Of a stretch of 32,697 nucleotides of DNA, positions 1-9,889 are shown in pieces; positions within the stretch are counted from its first letter, which is position 1, and every line of letters starts with the position of its first letter. The notes under the pieces were generated by a model. That model saw nothing but the letters and a program-made list of their open reading frames with translations, did not search any database and had not been told where the DNA came from. The stretch lies in the sequence record SRR31156797_21941. One strand, written 5' to 3'. The translations under genes and the position numbers were made by a program.

Positions 1-1
1 A

Positions 2-436
2 TGGGATCCTAAAAACCAGCGTCCTGAATTATGGAACCTTTTTAATGGAAGAAAGAATATGGGAGAACACTTCCGTGTATTCCCTATCAGTAATTGGACA
101 GAGATGGATGTATGGCAATATATTTTGCTGGAAAACATTGAAATTCCAAGTATATATTTTACACACAAACGTCGCGTTTTTAATAGAGACGGTGTATGGT
201 TAGCTGAAGCGCCATTTATGAAACTGAGACCAACAGAAAAAGTAGAAGAAAAAATGGTTCGTTGTCGTACCATTGGAGATATTACCAATACCGGTCTTTC
301 TGAATCAAAAGCCAACACACTGGAAGAAATTGTGCAGGAAGTTGCTGCCACACGTACAACAGAACGTGGACAAAGAGCTGATGACAAGCGTTCAGAAGCA
401 GCTATGGAAGATCGTAAAAAAGAAGGTTACTTTTAA
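2..436 (+). CDS. cysD: Sulfate adenylyltransferase subunit 2, 5'-truncated by the window edge
   Basis: Frame is open from position 2: WDPKNQRPELWNLFNG...RVFPISNWTEMDVWQYI...AMEDRKKEGYF, the typical CysD C-terminus; cysN follows directly. Confidence 0.96.
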   Translation, partial: WDPKNQRPELWNLFNGRKNMGEHFRVFPISNWTEMDVWQYILLENIEIPSIYFTHKRRVFNRDGVWLAEAPFMKLRPTEKVEEKMVRCRTIGDITNTGLSESKANTLEEIVQEVAATRTTERGQRADDKRSEAAMEDRKKEGYF

Positions 437-456
437 ACAAAAGCATTTAGTTGATC

Positions 457-1764
457 ATGAGAGACGAAAACTACCAAACACAAGCCCAAAATACCGAAGG
501 TTATTTAGATATGGAGCTACTTCGCTTTACAACTGCAGGTAGCGTTGATGATGGAAAAAGCACATTAATTGGACGTTTGTTATACGATTCAAAATCTATT
601 TTTGAAGATCAGCTCGATTCAATCACTCAGGCCAGTGAAAGAATGGGAAATCTTGATACCAACCTTGCACTTCTAACTGATGGATTGCGTGCAGAACGTG
701 AGCAAGGAATAACCATTGATGTTGCTTACCGTTATTTTGCAACACCAAAACGTAAATTTATTATTGCTGATACTCCTGGACATATACAATATACCAGAAA
801 TATGGTTACAGGAGCATCAACTGCCAATGCTGCAATTGTGCTAATTGATGCAAGGAACGGAGTGCTTGAGCAAACAAAACGTCATGCCTATATTGCTAGT
901 TTACTTCAAATTCCACACGTTCTATTATGTGTAAATAAAATGGATTTGGTCGAGCACAGACAAGAACGTTTTGAAGAAATAAAAGCTGATTTTGAAAAAG
1001 TTGCGGAAAAGCTTGATATACCTGATATACGTTTTATTCCAATTTCTGCCAAAGATGGTGATAATGTAGTAGAGAAATCAGAAAAAATGACCTGGTACAA
1101 CGGTCCAACTCTACTTCACCTTTTAGAAACTCTGGAAATTACATCAGATAAAAACTATACTGATAAGAGAATTCCAGTACAATATGTAATCAGACCATTA
1201 CGTGATGAGTACCATGATTACAGAGGTTATGCAGGACGTGTAGCTGGTGGTGTATTCAAAAAAGGTGATGAAGTGGCTATTTTACCATCAGGTTTAAAAA
1301 GTAAAGTAAAAAGCATTACTGATTTTGAAGGTGAATATGAAGTAGCTCACCCACCAATGAGTGTTGCCATTGAATTGGAAGACGATATTGACATTAGTCG
1401 CGGTGATATGATTGCTGATCCTGAAAACATGCCACATGCTACTCAACAAATGGATTTAATGCTTACATGGATGAGTGAAAGACCAATGGCACCGGGAGCA
1501 AAATATATCGTGAAACATACCTCAAGTGAAGTAAAATGTAAAATTACAGATATCAAGTACCGTTTAGATATTAACAAACTTGAGATTAAAGACCGTGGTG
1601 TAGCATTCGAATTAAATGATATTGGCAGAATTACGATTAAAACAACAAAACCTTTATTTTGGGATGCATATAAACGCAATAGAATAACAGGTAGTTTGAT
1701 CTTAATTGAGGAAGGTACTAATAACACTGTAGGTGCCGGAATGCTAATTGATCCAAACGAATAA
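457..1764 (+). CDS. cysN: Sulfate adenylyltransferase subunit 1 (GTPase), without a fused CysC domain
   Basis: LLRFTTAGSVDDGKSTLIGRLL, AEREQGITIDVAYRYF, DTPGH, NKMD; ends TGSLILIEEGTNNTVGAGM. ATG at 457 preferred over TTG at 451. Confidence 0.96.
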   Translation: MRDENYQTQAQNTEGYLDMELLRFTTAGSVDDGKSTLIGRLLYDSKSIFEDQLDSITQASERMGNLDTNLALLTDGLRAEREQGITIDVAYRYFATPKRKFIIADTPGHIQYTRNMVTGASTANAAIVLIDARNGVLEQTKRHAYIASLLQIPHVLLCVNKMDLVEHRQERFEEIKADFEKVAEKLDIPDIRFIPISAKDGDNVVEKSEKMTWYNGPTLLHLLETLEITSDKNYTDKRIPVQYVIRPLRDEYHDYRGYAGRVAGGVFKKGDEVAILPSGLKSKVKSITDFEGEYEVAHPPMSVAIELEDDIDISRGDMIADPENMPHATQQMDLMLTWMSERPMAPGAKYIVKHTSSEVKCKITDIKYRLDINKLEIKDRGVAFELNDIGRITIKTTKPLFWDAYKRNRITGSLILIEEGTNNTVGAGMLIDPNE

Positions 1765-1777
1765 CAATTAATAATAT

Positions 1778-1814
1778 AAAAGAAACGGTTCAGATTTTTC
1801 TGAACCGTTTTTTT
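1778..1814. terminator. Bidirectional intrinsic terminator between convergent genes
   Basis: Perfect 12-bp stem AAACGGTTCAGA (1783-1794) / TCTGAACCGTTT (1799-1810), with an A-rich 5' flank and a T-run 3' flank. Confidence 0.88.
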
Positions 1815-4800
1815 ATTCCTTCAATCTAAATGCGAAGATTGTAATATCATCATAATTTTCGTGCTTCCCGCCTGAATGCTCAATGATATTATTAAGATAT
1901 TCTCGCTGCTCTTCTAATTCTTTCAATGATATACTGCCCAATAAGTTCCTAAAATTTTTCTTGCCTAAAATTTGACCATCGGTATCCATCGGCATGTCTT
2001 TAAATCCATCTGAAGACAAATAAAAAATTGAACGATATCTTACATCTATTTCATGATTCGTATATTCAAAATCTTCTTTGGAATCTACATATCCTATACT
2101 TTGACGATCACCTTTGATTTCATCAATTTCATTGCTCCAACAGTGATACAATGATTGCTTTGCACCAGCGAAAATTACTTTTCGTTCAACAGGTTTAATA
2201 AAGCAGATAGACATATCTAATCCATCATCGGATCTATCGTCACGTTCAACTTCCTGACGTAACATTTTTCGAACTTCATAATTTATACGCTGCAATAGTT
2301 TTGCTGGGTCTTTTGCTGTGTGATCATTCACGACCCTATTCATTGCTGCATAAGCAATAACTGTCATAAGGGCTCCCGGAACACCATGTCCTGTACAATC
2401 AACTACAGCAGCCATATAGTTTAAGCCATGCCTGGAAAACCAATAAAAATCACCTCCAACAATATCCTTTGGTTTATAAACAATAAAACTATCAACATCA
2501 CTTTCTTCCAATTGCGTTTTTAATGGCAACACTGAATTTTGTATTCGACTTGCATAACGTATACTGGCTGTAATTTCTCTAATATACTTCTCGTTTTGCG
2601 ATTGAGCTTCTTTTAATTGAGTAATATCTGCATATATTACGACATATTTCTTCAATTCATCGTTATCATCTAAAATGGGTGTAATTGTTGTTTGTAGCCA
2701 TATTTCTGAGCCATCAAACTTTTCATATTTAGATGAAAATGTAACTGATTGTTTTTCTTCTTTACATTTTTGAAAAAATTGTAATGTATTTTCACTTTTA
2801 TAAATAAAAAATAGATTTAGTCCTTTACTTTCTTTAAGTCCCTCTAAATTATATCCTAATAAATGTGTGTACCCTTGATTTATCCATTCAATATTACCTC
2901 TATAATCAGCAATTAAAACGCCGTTTTGTGTTTCACTGGCAACAATTGAAAGTCGTTCCAAATGAATATTGGTTTCGTTCAAGGCATCACGTTGAGCCTG
3001 AATCTCTTCTTTTTGATTTCTGATTTCTTTGGTTCGAATGGTTACCATTTCTTCCAATACGCGCTTTTGTCTCCTTAAATTAGACATTCTCAAACGGATA
3101 TAGACCGTAATTAAGAGAATTGTAGCTAATGTAACTGTAATTTGAAACCAAATTGTTTGCCACCATGGTGTTTTAATAGTAAAATGATATACTAAAGGTT
3201 TAGACCACACCAAATCACTGTTTATTACCTTCACTTTTAGGACATAATCTCCCGGGTCGAGATTTGTAAACATCGCTTTGGAATTGCCAGTCGGGTAACT
3301 CCAAATATTATTTAATCCTTCTAACTTGTATTTAAAAAGTAGCTTTTGAGGATTTTTCCAGTCAATGGCCACAAACTCAAATGTTATTTGATTATGTTTA
3401 TGAGAAAGCCTCAAACTTTGAGGAATCCCATATAAAGGATCAATTGAATCAAAATCAATACCTGATTTTTCCTTTTCTTGTGGTGTTTTTTCGTAAAAAT
3501 GACCAGCCCAGTCAATATCTTGTAATGCGATCTGAATGGACTTAATATGAAGATTTGCAGGCGCTGTATCCCTAAACTCAGTTTCCGGATTATACCTGGT
3601 TAAATGATTCCCGGTTCCTATCCAAATGTTACCATCTGTTCCAACTTCAACTGAGTGTTGACTACCAATACAATCGTGGCCCGTAAAGCCTTCAATTATT
3701 CCATAGGTTTTAATCGAATAATATCTTTCATCAATTACTACACTTTTTTCCAAAGTAACAGTATCTGTTAAGGTTTTGACAAAGGCTGAATCAGGGAATT
3801 GAGGCTCATTTTCATAATTAAGCTGTAATTCTGTTAATCCACTTTCCGTACCAATTAGAATTTTCTTATCGTTAATTTGCTTTATCCAATAGACAATATC
3901 TCCCGAAAGACCATGTTGCTTCTGAATTGAATGAAAAGTTGTACCATTATAAATAACAACCCCATTTCCACTTGTTGCAAACCACAAATAGCCATCTTCG
4001 TCCTCAAACATATTGTAAACTTTATCAGCAGGAAACTGAACATTTCCGCTAAAATGTGAAAGCATTTTTCCACTTATCATATAAACTCCGTCACCCCATG
4101 TCAATGCCCAAATGCTGCCTTTTTTATCTTCGAATAATGAAATTATTGGCTGATCTGTAATATTATATTGAATCCATTTTTTGCCATCGTACATGGCCAA
4201 TCCATTGTTTGCTGAGCCGACCCAAAGGTCATTATTCCTATCTAATAATAAAGACCAAAGACTATTTTGAAAAAAACCGGTGCTTTCATCAAATACGTTA
4301 AAACTCTCTCCATTAAACCTCCACAATCCCTTGCTATCAGTAGCGATCCAAAGGTTATTCACATTATCAAATATCATACTCCATATAGCCTGCCCATCAA
4401 AATTTTGGCGCATATGATACCTGTAAAACCCTTTATCAGAATATTTTATCAATCCATAACCAAATGAACCAAGCCAAATATTGCCATCTCTATCTTCTTT
4501 AATTGAAGGATATAAATTTGTAGGTAATCCGTGTGATTTATTGAAATGAACGAAACTAAAACCATCATAACGATTTAAACCGCCACCCCAGGTACCCATC
4601 CAGTAAACTTTACTTCTATCTTTATGTATAGTTTGTATTTCATTATTACTTAATCCTTGCTTCTCGTTAAGATTAATTATTTCATCATTCTGTATCTTGA
4701 TCAGTCCTCCTCCATTTGTTCCCAAAAATAGACCACTTCTCTCATCATAATTAATCACATTAATACGATAAGGAGGTATACCTTGATTTTTACCATAATG

Positions 4801-5808
4801 ATAAATGAAATCATCTTTAATAATATCGAGTCCCTTATTTGTTCCAATGTAAATATCTCCCTTATTATTAAAACCTAAGGAATAAATCATTTCATCTGCA
4901 AGTCCATTCTTTTTTGTGTAATGATAAATTAGACTATCAGTGACTTTATACAATCCTTTTGAGGTTCCTAACCATATATTTCCATCCAGGTCTTCTTCAA
5001 TTGCAGTAACATATTTCGGAAAAACAATGGAGTTATCAAAAGATTTGATTGTACTGTTTTCAATAACATTTACTCCTCCATTACGAGTAGCTATCCAAAT
5101 TCTATGCTTAGAATCTGTATGCAAATCTAATATGTGATTATCAGTAAGTCCATGTTCAAGGCTATAATTAGTAATATACTCTCCATTAAATACACTTAAA
5201 CCATTGATTGTTCCAAACCATAGATTTCCATTCCAATCACTTTCTATGGCTTTAACCATATTATTGGCCAAACCATGAGCCTCAGAATAGACAATGAACT
5301 GATCCCCATCAAAACGATTTACTCCTCCTCCATTTGTAGCCAACCAGAGCATTCCATTCTTATCTTCATGAATATCATACAAATAGCTATTACTTAATCC
5401 TTGTTCAACATCATAATATTTTACATTAATTACTGCATTATCCTTATAACGAGGCGGTAAAGCTTTAAAACCAGAAGGTATTGAATATTTGGTATTTCCA
5501 TCTTTGTAAGATTTGAAAATAGAGTCAGGTTTAATAAACAATTTATGGGCAGAATATAATAATTCATATTTTACAGGTGATCCCAATTTCCTTATTCTGG
5601 GTGGCTTAATGAAAGCACTGTTTTCACTTTTAAACTCATTAAACGAACCTTCATATTTTATTTTATCAGGGTTACCGGCTTTTTTTATTCTTGAAGAAAC
5701 ATTTTCAAGGAGCTTTACATAGGGTTCGATTGGTTCGATCTTTTGAGAAAAGACTGTACTACTAACAAAGAGCAATACAATTGCTGATATTTTATGATAC
5801 TTCCCCAT
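1813..5808 (-). CDS. Membrane sensor: periplasmic Reg_prop beta-propeller repeats, Y_Y_Y domain, TM helix, PAS domain and SpoIIE/PP2C phosphatase
   Basis: Signal peptide; many (D)xxGxxWxGTxxGL repeats; FTNLDPGDYVLKVK; PWWQTIWF TM entry; PAS (IEWINQGY...WLQTTITPI); GGDFY, VVDCTGHGVPGA, SSDGFKD, DDIT phosphatase motifs. Confidence 0.9.
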   Translation of the reverse strand: MGKYHKISAIVLLFVSSTVFSQKIEPIEPYVKLLENVSSRIKKAGNPDKIKYEGSFNEFKSENSAFIKPPRIRKLGSPVKYELLYSAHKLFIKPDSIFKSYKDGNTKYSIPSGFKALPPRYKDNAVINVKYYDVEQGLSNSYLYDIHEDKNGMLWLATNGGGVNRFDGDQFIVYSEAHGLANNMVKAIESDWNGNLWFGTINGLSVFNGEYITNYSLEHGLTDNHILDLHTDSKHRIWIATRNGGVNVIENSTIKSFDNSIVFPKYVTAIEEDLDGNIWLGTSKGLYKVTDSLIYHYTKKNGLADEMIYSLGFNNKGDIYIGTNKGLDIIKDDFIYHYGKNQGIPPYRINVINYDERSGLFLGTNGGGLIKIQNDEIINLNEKQGLSNNEIQTIHKDRSKVYWMGTWGGGLNRYDGFSFVHFNKSHGLPTNLYPSIKEDRDGNIWLGSFGYGLIKYSDKGFYRYHMRQNFDGQAIWSMIFDNVNNLWIATDSKGLWRFNGESFNVFDESTGFFQNSLWSLLLDRNNDLWVGSANNGLAMYDGKKWIQYNITDQPIISLFEDKKGSIWALTWGDGVYMISGKMLSHFSGNVQFPADKVYNMFEDEDGYLWFATSGNGVVIYNGTTFHSIQKQHGLSGDIVYWIKQINDKKILIGTESGLTELQLNYENEPQFPDSAFVKTLTDTVTLEKSVVIDERYYSIKTYGIIEGFTGHDCIGSQHSVEVGTDGNIWIGTGNHLTRYNPETEFRDTAPANLHIKSIQIALQDIDWAGHFYEKTPQEKEKSGIDFDSIDPLYGIPQSLRLSHKHNQITFEFVAIDWKNPQKLLFKYKLEGLNNIWSYPTGNSKAMFTNLDPGDYVLKVKVINSDLVWSKPLVYHFTIKTPWWQTIWFQITVTLATILLITVYIRLRMSNLRRQKRVLEEMVTIRTKEIRNQKEEIQAQRDALNETNIHLERLSIVASETQNGVLIADYRGNIEWINQGYTHLLGYNLEGLKESKGLNLFFIYKSENTLQFFQKCKEEKQSVTFSSKYEKFDGSEIWLQTTITPILDDNDELKKYVVIYADITQLKEAQSQNEKYIREITASIRYASRIQNSVLPLKTQLEESDVDSFIVYKPKDIVGGDFYWFSRHGLNYMAAVVDCTGHGVPGALMTVIAYAAMNRVVNDHTAKDPAKLLQRINYEVRKMLRQEVERDDRSDDGLDMSICFIKPVERKVIFAGAKQSLYHCWSNEIDEIKGDRQSIGYVDSKEDFEYTNHEIDVRYRSIFYLSSDGFKDMPMDTDGQILGKKNFRNLLGSISLKELEEQREYLNNIIEHSGGKHENYDDITIFAFRLKE

Positions 5809-5906
5809 TAATCCAAAAATAATTAAAATATAATCAAAACCATGCTAAATATGGGGAGAAATAATAGATCTATTTATAAAATAATATATCTTCAATCATA
5901 TTGTAT

Positions 5907-8471
5907 TCATTCACTTAAATCAAAGGCATTAATATTCTTAAAATGGATTGATGATTCTAAAACTTCAAATTCAACTTTAGAATTTATTTGTAACGAAATA
6001 GGCTTGTTGGGTTCAATATCGAAGAAATTTTGATTAAAATCAACATCATATGGCGGAAAAGAAACATACATTGATCGAATAAATACCGGAGACTTAATTT
6101 GTAATTCCGCTCCATAACTCTTTTTTTCTATTTCATAAGAATACTGAGGTTTTGGTAAATGTAAATTTCGATCATCCTTTAATAACAAAATCTTTTCGAA
6201 AGTCTCTCCAACCACCTTGTATTCAATTAATAAATACATTTTAGACCAATCAAATATCAAGCTTTCTTCAAAAGAAGGTGTCCAAAGCTTATTTACACGA
6301 TTATCAACAGCAATTTGGTCCACAAATTCCGTAAATAAAGTCCCATCAAATTCCTTTATTTTACATGTAAATTCAATTTCTAGTGGTTCATTTTTATCAC
6401 ATACAAAATTTAAACTAAATGCATTGTTTAAAGTATCTGCAAATACAGCAACAGGTTCAAAAGCTTCTTGAACAGCATAATATGCAGCTTTCTTTTCACC
6501 ATAAAAATCAATAATTGACCAGGAGGCAGCCGGCCAAACATCATTCATCTGCCAAAGTAATGAACCCATACAATAAGGTTTTTGAGTTCGATGTGCCTTG
6601 ATAGCGGTAGACATTGCACGCGCTTGTAATAGCTGGGTTAGATAAGGATAATTTTCAAATTTTGTATTTGATGTGAAATACATATCCAGGTAATTCTTCA
6701 AACGATTATTGCCTCCTGTAGATTTTTGATGTGCCAAAAACCCATCCGTTCGTAAACCTAAATCATTCTCACGCATTGCTTTTCGTAAATTGGATATTGA
6801 AGGAATAGATTGAAATCCATATTCAGACATAAATCGACCGGCATTGGTAAAGAACTCATTGAAAGGCCGCTCTCCCCACCAAACCATCCAATAATGGCGA
6901 TCTCCGGAAGTATCTGACTTTGCAACTCCAGGTGCAGATTGCGGCGAAGACGACCAATAAAACCGCTCAGGGTCGTGTTGATTTAAGATATTGGGAATAA
7001 ATTTATGAAACAGACTATCATAAGTACCCCAAATTCGATCTGCTACAGCTTTGCCCTGTTCTCGTTCTTCCTTTTTTCGCCATCCCCAATTGTTCCATGC
7101 GCTAACAACTTCATTGTTTCCACACCATATGGCTAATGAAGGATGATTTCGAAGACGTTTTATGTTGTAAACTGCTTCATTTTCAAAATTCCCGAAGTAC
7201 CCGGGATAATCAGGCACCATGCTGCATGCAAACATAAAATCCTGCCAAACCAAAATGCCCAAAGAATCGCATAAATGATAAAAATATTCATCCGGATAAA
7301 TACCACCGCCCCAAATACGAATCATATTCATATTAGCGTTTACCACATTCTTCATCATACCTCTAAGGTCAGATTTTGAAACCTGATGTGGGAAACTACT
7401 CATGGGAACCATATTTGCACCACGCGCAAACATATCCTGACCATTAACCCTAAAATAGAATGACCTGCCAATAGAATCCTTTTCCTGAATAATATCAATA
7501 TTTCGAAACCCATATTTAAGTTGATATTTGTCTTTCTTTTTGTCTGCCCATTTCAATAGGACTTCTACATTATATAAATACTGATTACCATAACCAATTG
7601 GCCACCAGAATTTTGGATTCTCTACTTTCATCTGAAAAGTAAGATCATTAAATCCTTCCTGAACTTTAAGACATTCTATCTCAAGCTTTTCTTTTCCAAA
7701 ACTTATGGTTAAACAAATCGAGTCTGAAGTATTTGAAAAAACCTGTGTATTAATTTCCAGATGAGCTATGCTATCCGTTAATTCTTTCTGATGTATTTGC
7801 ACATCATTGATAAATTTCGATTTCCTTCTAACCAATTGAACAGGTCGCCAGATTCCTGCAGAAATAAACCTTGGAGCAAAATCCCAACCAAATTGATAGG
7901 GTGCTTTGCGCGTAAAAACACTAATTCTTTTACCATGAATTCCACCTAAAGTATCATCATCATTGGCCGAAACAGGTAGTTTATAGTTTATTTTATCGAA
8001 TCGTTTAAGACCTTCTTTAATGGTTGAATAAAAATGGACTTTAAGCACATTTGTTCCATTCTTTAATATGTTATCAACTCTTATGCTTTTGCCCACAAAC
8101 ATGTTTTCAGTTTGCCAAATCAATTTATCATTCAGAAATACATCAGCATAAGTATCCAGACCTTCAAATTCCAACCATGCCATATCATCACCTAACTGAT
8201 CAAGCTGAAAGTCAAACTCCTTTTTATATATCCATTCCTTTTTGCTAATCCATTGAAGCTTTGATTCATTATTTCTATAAAAAGGTTCATCAATTCTTTG
8301 ATGTGAGAATAGGTCTGTATGCACTAACCCCGGAACAGAAGCGGTTAACCAAACCGAATCGGTTTTAGCCTTAAAGTACCAACCAGCTTGCATATCAGGC
8401 CATTCAGTGCTCTTTTTATTGCAAGCTGTGAAGATAACTACAATTAAAACAAAGTATATTGATCGATGCAT
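5907..8471 (-). CDS. GH2 beta-mannosidase-like lipoprotein
   Basis: Lipobox FTAC; FEGLDTYA, RKAPYQFGWDF, NMNMIRIWGGG, WQDFMFAC, WCGNNE (acid/base), RFMSEYGFQS (nucleophile), WQMNDVWP. Confidence 0.9.
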   Translation of the reverse strand: MHRSIYFVLIVVIFTACNKKSTEWPDMQAGWYFKAKTDSVWLTASVPGLVHTDLFSHQRIDEPFYRNNESKLQWISKKEWIYKKEFDFQLDQLGDDMAWLEFEGLDTYADVFLNDKLIWQTENMFVGKSIRVDNILKNGTNVLKVHFYSTIKEGLKRFDKINYKLPVSANDDDTLGGIHGKRISVFTRKAPYQFGWDFAPRFISAGIWRPVQLVRRKSKFINDVQIHQKELTDSIAHLEINTQVFSNTSDSICLTISFGKEKLEIECLKVQEGFNDLTFQMKVENPKFWWPIGYGNQYLYNVEVLLKWADKKKDKYQLKYGFRNIDIIQEKDSIGRSFYFRVNGQDMFARGANMVPMSSFPHQVSKSDLRGMMKNVVNANMNMIRIWGGGIYPDEYFYHLCDSLGILVWQDFMFACSMVPDYPGYFGNFENEAVYNIKRLRNHPSLAIWCGNNEVVSAWNNWGWRKKEEREQGKAVADRIWGTYDSLFHKFIPNILNQHDPERFYWSSSPQSAPGVAKSDTSGDRHYWMVWWGERPFNEFFTNAGRFMSEYGFQSIPSISNLRKAMRENDLGLRTDGFLAHQKSTGGNNRLKNYLDMYFTSNTKFENYPYLTQLLQARAMSTAIKAHRTQKPYCMGSLLWQMNDVWPAASWSIIDFYGEKKAAYYAVQEAFEPVAVFADTLNNAFSLNFVCDKNEPLEIEFTCKIKEFDGTLFTEFVDQIAVDNRVNKLWTPSFEESLIFDWSKMYLLIEYKVVGETFEKILLLKDDRNLHLPKPQYSYEIEKKSYGAELQIKSPVFIRSMYVSFPPYDVDFNQNFFDIEPNKPISLQINSKVEFEVLESSIHFKNINAFDLSE

Positions 8472-8487
8472 GGCGAATGATTTGCAT

Positions 8488-8495
8488 CAAATTTA
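8488..8495 (-). promoter_or_regulatory. Bacteroidetes -7 promoter element for the GH2 gene
   Basis: TAAATTTG on the minus strand matches TAnnTTTG, 16 nt before the ATG at 8471. Confidence 0.55.
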
Positions 8496-8541
8496 TGAAT
8501 TAACCGTAAAAGTTCATTAAAAACTTTTCTGCCTAAAGAAA

Positions 8542-9789
8542 TTAATCTTCAATACGAGAGGCAGCATTACCGGCAACCCAACCTGTTGACCAGGCTATTT
8601 GTAAATTAAAACCTCCTGTAACTGCATCTACATCTATTATTTCACCCGCAAAATACAATCCTTCCATTTTTTTTGATTCCATAGTCTTAGGATTAATCTC
8701 TGATGTTTTTATTCCTCCAGAGGTAATAATTGTCTCTTCCCATGGGCGATAACCTGTTATTTTAAAAGGCAGATTTTTAAATGCCTGACGAATAGTTTTA
8801 CGTTCTTTTGCAGTTATTTGATGACATTCCTTATCACCATCAAGTTGGAGATAATTAAGCATAACAGGCACCATAGCAGATGGCAACCATTCTGAAAATA
8901 TGGTTCTGAACTTCTTTTTGGGATTTCCTTCTAAGTCGCGTAAAAAGCGATTATCCAGTTTTTTATCATCCAACGCAGGTTTTAAATCCAGCGTTATTTC
9001 TATTTTCTTGCCTTCATCAATCGCTTCAACAACCATTCTACTCAACGTAATTATGATAGGTCCTGTAAGTCTATTGGGACCAAATCCCATCTCACCGAAT
9101 TCCTCACCAATTTTCTTTCCATCGGCCCAAACTGTAGCATTCACATTTTTAAGTGCCAGTTTTTGTAGTAAACCCGGTATTTTACTGTCTGTTTCTAATG
9201 GAACAAGTGCCGGTTTGAGCGGCGTAATGGTATGTCCTACGCTACGTGCTAATTCATAACCATCTCCTGTTGAACCCGTTACAGGATAAGATAACCCTCC
9301 TGTAGCAATAATCACAGATTTAGCTTTTATTTTCTTTTGCTGTATTTGAATTCCTTTCAGTTTTCCTTCTTCAACCCACAATTTGTCAACATTTTGATTA
9401 GTGCGAACTTCAACACCCAGCTTCTTTACCCAATTCTCCAACGCTTCAACGACATCATTGGCTAATTGAGATTCGGGAAAATATCGACCACCGCGTTCAA
9501 GTACAGTTTTCACTCCAAGCTTCTTAAGTAAACCCAAAAACTGACCACTATAAAACTGAGAAAAAACATTCCGTAAAAATCGTCCGTTTGGAAAAACCTG
9601 CGTAATAAACTCATCCACAGGTAAATTATTGGTTATATTACACCTACCCTTACCTGTAATCATCAATTTGCGGGCAGGTTTTCTCATTTTTTCCAATAAC
9701 AGCACCTTAGCACCTTTCTCTGCAGCTTGACCAGCTGCTAATAATCCAGATGCTCCCGCACCAACAACTATCACACTAAATTTTTCCAT
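8542..9789 (-). CDS. HI0933/YhiN (BaiN-like) family flavoprotein
   Basis: VIVVGAGASGLLAA, KLMITGKGRCNITN, GRYFP, ATGGLSYPVTGSTGDGY, LYFAGEIIDVDAVTGGFNLQIAWSTG. ATG at 9789 preferred because the TTG at 9798 lies inside the promoter motif. Confidence 0.93.
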   Translation of the reverse strand: MEKFSVIVVGAGASGLLAAGQAAEKGAKVLLLEKMRKPARKLMITGKGRCNITNNLPVDEFITQVFPNGRFLRNVFSQFYSGQFLGLLKKLGVKTVLERGGRYFPESQLANDVVEALENWVKKLGVEVRTNQNVDKLWVEEGKLKGIQIQQKKIKAKSVIIATGGLSYPVTGSTGDGYELARSVGHTITPLKPALVPLETDSKIPGLLQKLALKNVNATVWADGKKIGEEFGEMGFGPNRLTGPIIITLSRMVVEAIDEGKKIEITLDLKPALDDKKLDNRFLRDLEGNPKKKFRTIFSEWLPSAMVPVMLNYLQLDGDKECHQITAKERKTIRQAFKNLPFKITGYRPWEETIITSGGIKTSEINPKTMESKKMEGLYFAGEIIDVDAVTGGFNLQIAWSTGWVAGNAASRIED

Positions 9790-9795
9790 AGGGTG

Positions 9796-9803
9796 CAAAT
9801 TTA
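9796..9803 (-). promoter_or_regulatory. Bacteroidetes -7 promoter element, probably giving a leaderless or near-leaderless mRNA
   Basis: TAAATTTG-CACCCT-ATG on the minus strand. Confidence 0.6.
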
Positions 9804-9889
9804 CGATTAATCAGGGAATTAAAATAACATAATATTTTACGATATAAATTATCATTGTAACTTGTGAGCGCAACTTAACAATAAAAGCT

